Source: Candidatus Krumholzibacteriia bacterium | GTDB lineage: Bacteria > Krumholzibacteriota > Krumholzibacteriia > LZORAL124-64-63 | NCBI GenBank assembly: GCA_041908585.1 | Contig: JAYRFB010000201.1 | Coordinates: 3,694 to 67,693, forward strand | DNA: 64,000 bases | Direction of reading: 5' to 3' | In this document: piece after piece, positions 37,969 through 46,660 of the stretch | Position numbering within the stretch: the stretch's first letter is position 1 | How the letters are laid out: every line of letters starts with the position of its first letter | The notes under the pieces: generated by a model | The model's database searches: none | Told to the model about the DNA's origin: nothing | What the model saw: the letters and a program-made list of their open reading frames with translations, nothing else | Made by a program: the position numbers and the translations under genes

Positions 37969-38703
37969 ATGAGGGGCATCGCCGTCGCCGTTTCCTGCCT
38001 CTGCCTGCTGGCGCCGTCCGCCGAGGGCGGCGGCGGGCCGCCCCCCGAACAGGCCCGCCTGCTGCGCTCGATCGAGAGCGACCTGGCCGAGTGCGCGCCG
38101 TCCACGGGCATCCCGCGGTTGTCCGCCGCCGTCCGCGCCGCCCTGCTGGCGGTGCCGCGCGACCGCTTCGTGCCCGAAGGTATGCGGCGCCACGCCTGGG
38201 AGAACCGGGCGCTGCCCATCGGCCACGGGCAGACGATCAGCCAGCCGACCATCGTCGCCCTGATGACCGAGCTGCTGGCGGTGGGCCCGGCCGACACCGT
38301 GCTGGAGATCGGGACGGGGTCCGGCTACCAGGCTGCCGTGCTGGGGCAGGTGCTGCCGCGGGGGCGCGTCTACTCGATCGAGATCGTGCCCGAGCTGGCC
38401 GAGCGGTCGCGGCAGCTGCTGCGGGACCTGGGCGCGCACAACGTCGAGGTGATCACCGGCGACGGCTACGCCGGCCTGCCGCGCGCGGCGCCGTTCGCGG
38501 GGATCATCGTGACGGCCGTGGGCCGCGAGGTGCCGCCGGCCCTGGCGGCGCAGCTGGCGCCCGGAGCGCGGCTGGTGATGCCCGTCGGCGACCCGGACGG
38601 CGAGCAGTGGCTGACCGTCTATGCGCGCGCGCCCGGAGGGACGTTCTCCGGGCGCGCGGTGTTGCCGGTGCGGTTCGTTCCGTTGACGGGGGGCGGGCCC
38701 TGA
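37969..38703 (+). CDS. pcm: Protein-L-isoaspartate O-methyltransferase with an apparent N-terminal signal peptide.
   Basis: [13 protein letters not shown], the SAM motif [15 protein letters not shown] and the C-terminal VRFVPLTG match Pcm. The chosen start [20 protein letters not shown] looks like a Sec signal. Confidence 0.85.
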   Translation: MRGIAVAVSCLCLLAPSAEGGGGPPPEQARLLRSIESDLAECAPSTGIPRLSAAVRAALLAVPRDRFVPEGMRRHAWENRALPIGHGQTISQPTIVALMTELLAVGPADTVLEIGTGSGYQAAVLGQVLPRGRVYSIEIVPELAERSRQLLRDLGAHNVEVITGDGYAGLPRAAPFAGIIVTAVGREVPPALAAQLAPGARLVMPVGDPDGEQWLTVYARAPGGTFSGRAVLPVRFVPLTGGGP

Positions 38704-38721
38704 CGGCGGCGGCGCGGCGCG

Positions 38722-40620
38722 CTACTCCCTGCCCAGCAGCTCCAGCGTCCGCTTCGGGTTGATCAGCTTCAGCCCTTCCTGCCCGTCGACGGTGTCGGCG
38801 CCGCGCTCGATCAGCGACACCACCTGCGCCGGAGTCAGCTCCGGGCGCACCGCCAGCAGCTTGCCGACCAGGTTCAGGGCGTTGGGCGAGGCCATGGACG
38901 TCCCGGACATCTTCATCTTCTGTCCGCCCGGCACGTCGCTCTCCACCTCGAAGCCGTTGGCGAAGACGCGCACGCGCCGGCCGCTGGCCGTGAAGCTGGT
39001 GCGCCGGCCGGCCTGGTCCACCGCGCCGACCATCATCAGGTTGGGCAGGTCGAGGCTGCCGGGGATCGACTGGTCGAACTCGACGTCGTTGTCGTCGTTG
39101 CCGGCGGCCGCCACGAAGAGGATGTCCGGGGCCGAGGCCATCGCCTTCTGCATGGCGTCGCGCAGGACGCCCAGCAGCTCGGCGGCCAGCTTGCCGCGCT
39201 CGGCGGCCGTGCCGCCGACGTTGTTCGCCTCGAGCGCCGACTCGATCTCCTTCAGCGACCAGCCCCAGCTCATGTTCGCCGCGCGCACGCCGTGCGCCTT
39301 GAAGTAGTCGACGGTGCGTCCGTAGGACTCGGCGTGCGCCTTCGCCGTCTCGCGGGTCAGCGGCTTCGTGATGGTGTGGTAGTCGAACGAGATCCGCGCG
39401 ACCAGCGCCTTCGCCGCCGGGTTGCCCGCCAGCGCGATGCCCGCGACGTGCGTGCCGTGCGCGTGCAGGCCCGCGAAGCCGAGCGACTCCATGAACGGCC
39501 CCACCTCTGCCGGCGCCATGCCGCTCATCTGCCCGCGAAGCGCGCTCGCCTCGGGGCTGTCCACGCCCGAGGTGAGGTCGGTGAAGGCCTTCATCGACTT
39601 CATCGCCGTATCCAGGCGGCCGGCCTGGTCGCCCAGCGGGTGCAGCAGCTCGGGCACGGCCCGGCCATCGTAGTCCCAGGCGATGCCGTGGATGTCGTCG
39701 ACGAAGCCGTTGCCGTCGTCGTCGCGGCCGTTCGGCTTCTCGGCCTCGTTGGTGAACAGGCGCCCGGCGAACACGGCGGTGTCCACGCCCGAGTCCCAGA
39801 TGGCGAGCGTGACCGGCTTCAGGTCGGCGCGCCCGTCGAGGGACACGTCGCGCGCGGCCCAGATGTCGGGCTTGTCCTCCTTGCCCGCCGCCAGGTAGGC
39901 GGTGTATGCCGCGACCAGCTCGTCGCGCAGCGGCAGCACGGTGCGCATCGCCGAACCGAGGCCGATGACCTGCCCGGCCAGGTCGGAACTGACCTCGCCG
40001 GCGGCCGCGACGATGGGATCGAGCTGGCTCTGCACCATGCCCGTCAGCAGCGCCGGGCTCATGATCTCCATGCGACCCTTCTGGGCCTGGATGTTGTCGC
40101 GCACCAGGTCTGCCGGCAGCGGGGCCAGCTCCTTGTCCAGGGCGGCGCGGAAGGCCGCCTTGAATGCCGGCGAGGTGACGTCGCTGCCGGCGGCGTCGCG
40201 GGCCGAGACGAGCGCCAGCGCCACCAGGCCGGTGGTCAGGCGCGTGGCCTCCTTGTCCTCGAGCGCGCGCACCGCCTCCACCCGGGCGCGCACGTCGGCG
40301 TCGCGGCCCTGCACCAGGTCGAGCGACAGCAGCGTGTTCAGCAGCCGCTGCACCGCGGCCTTGTCGCCGATGTCGTAGGTGGCCAGGTCGGACTCCACGT
40401 CGGCGCGCACGGCGGCGCAGAAGGCGTCGAAGGCGGCAGGGTCGGCCAGCATGGCGCTGACGGGGCCCGCGACCTTGTAGGTGTGGCGGGGCAGGTCGTC
40501 GAGGGTCTTGACCGGGGTCTTGGCCAGGGTCATGGCGGAAGAGGCGACGGCAGCAAGCAGCAGCGCACCGATCGCGGTGACGCCAAGAAGCAGGGAACGG
40601 ATCCTCGGGAATCGTGCCAT
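38722..40620 (-). CDS. Secreted subtilisin-like serine peptidase (S8 family) with a roughly 250-aa N-terminal domain.
   Basis: Signal peptide MARFPRIRSLLLGVTAIGALLLAAVASSA. Catalytic triad motifs are DSGVD, HGTHVAG and GTSMASP. Confidence 0.9.
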   Translation of the reverse strand: MARFPRIRSLLLGVTAIGALLLAAVASSAMTLAKTPVKTLDDLPRHTYKVAGPVSAMLADPAAFDAFCAAVRADVESDLATYDIGDKAAVQRLLNTLLSLDLVQGRDADVRARVEAVRALEDKEATRLTTGLVALALVSARDAAGSDVTSPAFKAAFRAALDKELAPLPADLVRDNIQAQKGRMEIMSPALLTGMVQSQLDPIVAAAGEVSSDLAGQVIGLGSAMRTVLPLRDELVAAYTAYLAAGKEDKPDIWAARDVSLDGRADLKPVTLAIWDSGVDTAVFAGRLFTNEAEKPNGRDDDGNGFVDDIHGIAWDYDGRAVPELLHPLGDQAGRLDTAMKSMKAFTDLTSGVDSPEASALRGQMSGMAPAEVGPFMESLGFAGLHAHGTHVAGIALAGNPAAKALVARISFDYHTITKPLTRETAKAHAESYGRTVDYFKAHGVRAANMSWGWSLKEIESALEANNVGGTAAERGKLAAELLGVLRDAMQKAMASAPDILFVAAAGNDDNDVEFDQSIPGSLDLPNLMMVGAVDQAGRRTSFTASGRRVRVFANGFEVESDVPGGQKMKMSGTSMASPNALNLVGKLLAVRPELTPAQVVSLIERGADTVDGQEGLKLINPKRTLELLGRE

Positions 40621-40778
40621 GGATTGGGACCTCCGGTTGATCGATCCGGCCGCGCAGGCTCTGGCCCACATGCCGGCCCACGGGATTGAACGCGAACGAA
40701 TCTAAGGCCAATCGCCGGCCAGGACAACGTGGCCGCGGTCGACGCGCTCCCTGGCTGCCCGGGGCGCGAGGCTCGCGC

Positions 40779-42170
40779 TTAGCGCCCGGCCCGCGCCCCC
40801 CGCCGCCAGAAAAGGTGATAGACCGGCACGCCCAGCGCCGCGATCACGACGCCGGCGGCCGCGCGCCAACCCTGGTCGTGCAGGTCGCTGCCGATGAGCG
40901 CCACGGTCACCAGGATGAACAGCACCGGCGTGACCGGGAACAGCCAGGTGCGGTAGTCCGACAGGCGCCGGCCGTCGCGCTTCTCCCGCGCGCGCTGGCG
41001 GAACAGCGCCGCCGTGGTCAGCGCGTAGAACAGCCACGACGTGGTGACGAACCAGCCCGAGACGTCCTCGAACCCGTTCGACGCCCACAGCCAGGCGCAC
41101 GACAGGCCGGCCTGCACCCACAGCGCCAGGGCGGGCGTCGCGCGCTTCGCATCGAGGGCCGCCAGCGGCTTCCACAGCAGGCCGTCGGATGCCATCGCCT
41201 GGGTCACGCGCGGCCCGGTCAGGATGGAGCCGTTGGTCGTGCCGAACGTGGAGACCGCCACGAGCACGGCCAGTGCCTGCCGGCCCCAGTCCCCCAGGAT
41301 GCGCCCGATCGTCTCGGAGCCCACCGGGGCGATGGCCGCCACTTCGGCCGGCGTCAGCACCGCGTAGTAGGCCAGGTTGGTCAGCACGTAGACCGCGATG
41401 ACCAGCACGGTGCCGCCCAGGATGGCAACCGGCAGGGCGCGTCCGGGGTTCTTGACCTCGCCGGCCACATAGGTGACGTCGGTCCAGCCGTCGTAGGCGA
41501 ACAGGATCGGGATCATCGCCAGCACCAGCGCGAGGTACAGCGGCGGGGGCGCGGCCGCCGCGGCCTCGGCGGTCGCCGCGCCGGCGGCGGCGCCGCCGGC
41601 ATCCGGGCCGGCGTGCGGCAGCGCGAACGCGCAGAAGCAGAGCGCGGCGATGCCGGCCACCTTCAGCGTGGTGAACAGCGTCTGCGTCCGCACGCCCTCG
41701 CGCACACCCAGCCAGTTGACGAACGTCAGCAGCAGGATCGCGGCGATCCCGGCCGGCAGCCGCGCCGCCTCGGGCAGCCCGATCGCCTGGCAGAAGTACA
41801 GCGCGAACACGCTGACGACCGAGGCGATCAAGGTCGGCTTGATCACCCACAGGTTGGCCCAGCCGAAGGCGAAGCCCAGCGCGTCGCCGAAGCCGTCGCG
41901 GATGAAGACGTAGAGCCCGCCGGTGCGCGGGCGCGCGACCGCCAGCTCGGCCAGGGCCAGTGAGCCGCACAGCGACAGCGCGCCGCCCAGGATCCAGGCG
42001 CCGATCACCAGCGGCAGCGAGTCGAGGTACTGGCCGACGGTGTGCGGGCTGCGGAAGATGCCCGAGCCGATGATGTTGCCGACGGTCACGCAGGTGGCGG
42101 CGTAGAGGCCGATCCGGCGCAGCGGCAGGACGTTCGCGTCGGCGGGCGGCGCGGGGTTCGTGGGGGCCAT
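40779..42170 (-). CDS. APC-superfamily amino acid permease.
   Basis: 12 TM helices with ...NIIGSGIF... typical of the APC family. Start chosen at MAPTNP (42170). Confidence 0.85.
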   Translation of the reverse strand: MAPTNPAPPADANVLPLRRIGLYAATCVTVGNIIGSGIFRSPHTVGQYLDSLPLVIGAWILGGALSLCGSLALAELAVARPRTGGLYVFIRDGFGDALGFAFGWANLWVIKPTLIASVVSVFALYFCQAIGLPEAARLPAGIAAILLLTFVNWLGVREGVRTQTLFTTLKVAGIAALCFCAFALPHAGPDAGGAAAGAATAEAAAAAPPPLYLALVLAMIPILFAYDGWTDVTYVAGEVKNPGRALPVAILGGTVLVIAVYVLTNLAYYAVLTPAEVAAIAPVGSETIGRILGDWGRQALAVLVAVSTFGTTNGSILTGPRVTQAMASDGLLWKPLAALDAKRATPALALWVQAGLSCAWLWASNGFEDVSGWFVTTSWLFYALTTAALFRQRAREKRDGRRLSDYRTWLFPVTPVLFILVTVALIGSDLHDQGWRAAAGVVIAALGVPVYHLFWRRGARAGR

Positions 42171-42288
42171 CGGGCGGTCTCCTTGCCGGCGCCGGGACTT
42201 CGAACGATCGACCGAGTTCAAGCGCGCGGGCGACCCTGGCGGGCCGCCCGTGGGGACTGCGCGAGCATATCCGCGCCGCGAGCGGAGA

Positions 42289-43605
42289 TCAACCGCGCGT
42301 TACCGGCGCATCGACACCGGCCTCCCCCTCGGAGCGGGCGATGATCGCCGCACCACACGAATCGCTGAACACGTTGACCGCCGTCCGGTACATGTCGAGC
42401 GGCCGGTCGATGGCCAGCATCGCCCCCACGATCGCCTCGACCTGGGGGCCGCGCAGGTTGACCGACTCAAGCACCAGGAAGATGACCACCAGCCCCGCCG
42501 ACGGCACGGCCGCGGCCCCGATCGAGGCCAGCAGGGCGGTGAAGACGACGACCGTCTGCTGCGCGAAGCCCAGGTCCGCGCCCAGGACCTGCGCGATGAA
42601 GAGGACGCCCGCGCACTCGTAAAGCGCTGTGCCGTCCATGTTGACCGTCGCCCCCATCGGCAGAACGAAGGAAGAGGTGCGGTTCGAGACGCCGACCTTC
42701 CCTTCCACCGCACCGATCGTGACCGGGAGCGTGGCGAGCGAAGAGCTGGTCGAGAAGGCCATGGCCAGCGGCTCGGTCATGTTCCGGAAGTGGATCCAAG
42801 GCCTGATGCGCCCCAGGAGCAGCAGCAGGAGCGGCAGCGTGATGAACAGGTGTACCGTCAGGCCCAGGGCGATCGTCAGCATGTAAAGGCCGAGCGGGCG
42901 GAAGATCTCCAGCCCCGACTCCCCCACCGCGCGCGCTATCAGTCCGAAGACCCCGACGGGGGCGAAGCGGATCACGCCGCCGGTCAGCTTCATCATCGTG
43001 GCGAACGCGGCGTCGATGAAATCCCGCATGAGGCCGCGGCTGGTCGAGGGCAGCTGGGCGATCGTCATCCCGACCAGGATGCAGAAGAAGATCAAGGCGA
43101 GCATGTTCGGCTCGGCCGCCGCGGCGACGATGTTCTCGGGAACGATGTCCAGCAGCAGGTCGATCGGCGACCCCGGGCTCTCGAGCTCCGGGAGCGCACC
43201 GGTTGCAGCTCCGCCCAGCTGCGCCCCCACGCCCGGCCGGAGCAGGTTGACCAGGATCAGACCCGCCATCGCCGCCAGGGCGCTGGTCAGGAGGTAGTAG
43301 CCCAGCGTCTTGCCGAACATCCGCCCGAGGGCCCGGCTGCCGCCGAGCGCGGCGACGCCCGAGATGATCGAGGTGAGCACGAGCGGCACGATCATCATCT
43401 TCAGGAGCTTGACGAAGAGCGTGCCCAGCCAGCCGACCTTGGCGACGAGGGCCGGGCCGCCGAGCTGTCCGGCAACGATGCCCAGGGCCATCGCCGCGAG
43501 GATCTGCCAGTGGAGTTGTTGGAACCAGCGGGCGGTCCCGCCCGGCAACGGACCTCTGGGCCCGCGTGCCGGCTCGGGAGGGATGATGCCTGCAGGCGGA
43601 TGCAT
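42289..43605 (-). CDS. Dicarboxylate/amino acid:cation symporter (DAACS, GltP/DctA-like).
   Basis: 438 aa from MHPPAG with characteristic DAACS blocks (MMIVPLVLTSIISGVA..., VNMDGTALYE). Confidence 0.85.
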   Translation of the reverse strand: MHPPAGIIPPEPARGPRGPLPGGTARWFQQLHWQILAAMALGIVAGQLGGPALVAKVGWLGTLFVKLLKMMIVPLVLTSIISGVAALGGSRALGRMFGKTLGYYLLTSALAAMAGLILVNLLRPGVGAQLGGAATGALPELESPGSPIDLLLDIVPENIVAAAAEPNMLALIFFCILVGMTIAQLPSTSRGLMRDFIDAAFATMMKLTGGVIRFAPVGVFGLIARAVGESGLEIFRPLGLYMLTIALGLTVHLFITLPLLLLLLGRIRPWIHFRNMTEPLAMAFSTSSSLATLPVTIGAVEGKVGVSNRTSSFVLPMGATVNMDGTALYECAGVLFIAQVLGADLGFAQQTVVVFTALLASIGAAAVPSAGLVVIFLVLESVNLRGPQVEAIVGAMLAIDRPLDMYRTAVNVFSDSCGAAIIARSEGEAGVDAPVTRG

Positions 43606-43682
43606 CGTAGTGCTGACACTAAAGGCGCAGCATACGATCCGCAAGCCGGGCTGCGTGCACCGGCACAACGATTGGCGCACGT

Positions 43683-44513
43683 TTAGCTCGGCGCGAACAC
43701 CGCCCTGAACGCTGCCGCCGATTCAGCGCGATAGATCGTGTCGTGCCGCAGGTCGGGCCGCGGCACGTAGATCCAGGCCAGGTCGGCCGGCGCCGCCTGC
43801 GCCAGGACGGCCGCGAACGCCTCGACGTGCGGACTCACATCGGTCTCGTTCGCCGCGGCCAGGTACAGCGTCAGCCCCAGCGAAGCGGTTCGGCGCACGG
43901 AATCGCCGGCCCCGCGCACCAGCGCGTGGTCGTTCCACCACAGGCTCGGGCTCAACGCGATGTAGGTATCGAACAGCGCGGGCTCGAGGCAGAACGTTTC
44001 CATGATGAAGAGCCCGGCCGCGGACTCGCCGACGATGCCGGTGCGGCCGTTGCAACGATAGCGGGCCTCGATCTCCGGCATCAGCTCGTCGCGGATGAAG
44101 GCGCGGAACGCGGCCGAGCCGCCGACCACCGGCGCGATCTTCCGGTCCGACTCCACCTCGGTGGGGCCGGTCATGTCGCGCCGCCGCTGAGTGTTCTCGA
44201 TGCCGACCACGATCAGAGGCACGACATCCCCGGCCTCCGTGAGCGCCGTCAGCGTATTGACGATGTGCGGGAAGTCCTCGCCGATGCCTCCGTCCGGCAT
44301 GTAGAGGACGGCGAACGCCGAATCGGGGTGTGCCGCGTAGGCGGCCGGCACGTGGACGTTCACGACGCGGTCCTCCGCCAGAGCCCGCGACGCGATCCGG
44401 AACGTCTCGTGCGGAGGCACGGGATCCGGGACCGCAACCTGCCGACGACAGGCCGGAGCGACGGCCACGGCGATGGCCAGGAGCACAACCGGGAGCAGGG
44501 GCTTGGCCTTCAA
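43683..44513 (-). CDS. Esterase-family lipoprotein (alpha/beta hydrolase, putative esterase or enterochelin-esterase-like).
   Basis: TTG start giving MKAKPLLPVVLLAIAVAVAPAC (lipobox). The nucleophile elbow is GESAAG, with the YMPDGG pattern of PF00756-like esterases. Confidence 0.65.
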   Translation of the reverse strand: MKAKPLLPVVLLAIAVAVAPACRRQVAVPDPVPPHETFRIASRALAEDRVVNVHVPAAYAAHPDSAFAVLYMPDGGIGEDFPHIVNTLTALTEAGDVVPLIVVGIENTQRRRDMTGPTEVESDRKIAPVVGGSAAFRAFIRDELMPEIEARYRCNGRTGIVGESAAGLFIMETFCLEPALFDTYIALSPSLWWNDHALVRGAGDSVRRTASLGLTLYLAAANETDVSPHVEAFAAVLAQAAPADLAWIYVPRPDLRHDTIYRAESAAAFRAVFAPS

Positions 44514-44781
44514 GGTACTCCATCCTGGATCGAGGGGGCGACGGCTCCCGCGGCGCGACACGTCAGGCCGGCGCCACGAGCCGCATCAGGTAGCGCAGGA
44601 TGCCCTCGTCGGCTCCGATGAGCAAGCCCGATTCCGGCACGTCACGACCGCTGCGACCGACCGACTCCGCCTTCCGGTTGTGCAAAGGCCCGCCTTCTGC
44701 TAAATATGGCCCTTACCGGCCGGCGCCCCCGCGGCGGCCCGGCCTGCCCCCTGCCCGCCTTTCCGACCACGGGACGGAACC

Positions 44782-46629
44782 ATGAAGCACGACGTGATCG
44801 CCGTCATCGACTTCGGCGGCCAGTACGCCCATCTCATCGCCACGAAGGTCCGCCGAGCCGCAAAGGTGCTGGCCGAGATCCGCCAGCCGGAGGACCCGGT
44901 CGAGGCGTTCGCCGGCTGCAAGGGCGTCATCCTCAGCGGCAGCCCGTCGCTGGCCTCGTTCGGCGAGGACTCGGACTGGAACAAGGCGATCCTGGACCTG
45001 GACGTGCCCATCCTCGGGTTCTGCTTCGGGCACCAGGAGATCGCCAAGCACTACGGCGGCACGGTCATCCACGGGAAGCAGGAGTGGGGCCGCGCCGAGC
45101 TGCACCTGACCGGCGGGCACGCGCTGTTCAAGGGGCTGGGCCCGGTCGAGACGGTGTGGATGAGCCACTTCGACTCAGTCACGGCGGTGGGGGACGGCTT
45201 CCGCGAGCTGGGCTGGTCGAAGCTGGGCGCCAATGCGGAGCCGCACCGCTTCGCGGCCATCGCCGACGACGCGCGCCGGCGCTACGGCTTCCAGTACCAT
45301 CCCGAGGTCGACGACACGGTGCACGGCGACGAGATGATCGCCAACTTCGTGCTGGAGATCTGCGGCTGCCGCCCGACCTGGACAATGGAGCGCTACGTCG
45401 AGGAGCAGGTCGAGCGGATCCGCGCACAGGTGGGTGACCGCTCGGTGTTCCTGCTGGCGTCCGGCGGCGTGGACTCGACGGTGGCGGCGCGGCTGTTCGT
45501 CGAGGCGCTCGGTCCGGAGCGTCTGGAGCTGCTGCACGTGGACAACGGGCTGATGCGCAAGGATGAATCGCGCCAGGTCGTGGAGATGTTCCGCGCGATG
45601 GGACTCGGCGACCACCTGCACTTCATCGACGCAACCGATACGTTCCTGGCGGCCCTCGACGGCAGGATCGAGCCCGAGGCGAAGCGGCGGGCGATCGGCG
45701 ACACGTTCATCACCGTGTTCGAGGCCGAGGCGCGCAGGCTGGGCATCACCGGCCACCTGCTGGGCCAGGGCACCATCTATCCCGACACGATCGAGACCGG
45801 CGGCACCAAGCGGGCCGACACGATCAAGACGCATCACAACCGCGTGCCGGTGATCGAGGAGATGATCAGGGCGGGCAAGGTGGTCGAGCCGCTGGCCGAC
45901 CTCTACAAGGTCGAGGTGCGGGAGCTTGGGGAAAAGCTGGGCATCCCCCACGACATGATCTGGCGGCACCCGTTCCCGGGGCCCGGGCTGGGCGTGCGGC
46001 TGCTGTGCAGCGACGGCGCGGCGGCCGATGCTGCTGCGCTGGCGACGATCGCGCCCGCCGTGGCCGACAAGGCCGCGCGCTACGGGTTCGAGGCGATGCC
46101 TCTGCCCATCCGCTCGGTGGGCGTGAAGGCCGACCTGCGCACCTACGAGCATCCGGTGCTGCTGCACGCGCCGGGCGCCGCGGCCGGCGGCGAGTTCGAC
46201 TGGGACGCGCTGGCCGAGGCCTCGGGCACCATCTTCAAGACCGTGGGCGGCCTGAACCGGGCGCTGCTGCTGCTGGGCGACGCCCTGCCGCGCGAGTGCC
46301 GCCCCCTGGCCGCGCAGATGACGCGCGAGCGGCTGGACCTGCTGCGCGACTGCGACGCGGTGATGATGGACGCGCTCAGGCGCCACGGCCTCTACGACCA
46401 GGTCTGGCAGTGCCCCACGGTGCTGGTGCCGCTGGAGGTGGACGGGCGCGGGCGCGAGCTGTGCATCCTGCGCCCGATCCTCAGCGAGCGCGCCATGACG
46501 GCGACCGCGGCGCGCCTGCCCCGCAGGTTGCTGGAAGAGGTGCGCGCGCAGATCATGTCGCGCAACGAAATCAGCGCCGTGGCGTACGACCTGACCAGCA
46601 AGCCGCCGGGCACCATCGAATGGGAATGA
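44782..46629 (+). CDS. guaA: GMP synthase (glutamine-hydrolysing), long form (615 aa).
   Basis: GATase domain (GFCFGHQ), P-loop SGGVDSTV and the C-terminal KPPGTIEWE are present. It is about 90 aa longer than typical bacterial GuaA, with the extra sequence in the C-terminal half. Confidence 0.95.
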   Translation: MKHDVIAVIDFGGQYAHLIATKVRRAAKVLAEIRQPEDPVEAFAGCKGVILSGSPSLASFGEDSDWNKAILDLDVPILGFCFGHQEIAKHYGGTVIHGKQEWGRAELHLTGGHALFKGLGPVETVWMSHFDSVTAVGDGFRELGWSKLGANAEPHRFAAIADDARRRYGFQYHPEVDDTVHGDEMIANFVLEICGCRPTWTMERYVEEQVERIRAQVGDRSVFLLASGGVDSTVAARLFVEALGPERLELLHVDNGLMRKDESRQVVEMFRAMGLGDHLHFIDATDTFLAALDGRIEPEAKRRAIGDTFITVFEAEARRLGITGHLLGQGTIYPDTIETGGTKRADTIKTHHNRVPVIEEMIRAGKVVEPLADLYKVEVRELGEKLGIPHDMIWRHPFPGPGLGVRLLCSDGAAADAAALATIAPAVADKAARYGFEAMPLPIRSVGVKADLRTYEHPVLLHAPGAAAGGEFDWDALAEASGTIFKTVGGLNRALLLLGDALPRECRPLAAQMTRERLDLLRDCDAVMMDALRRHGLYDQVWQCPTVLVPLEVDGRGRELCILRPILSERAMTATAARLPRRLLEEVRAQIMSRNEISAVAYDLTSKPPGTIEWE

Positions 46630-46660
46630 CACCAGCGGCCGGGCGCCGCGGAGGAACCCC

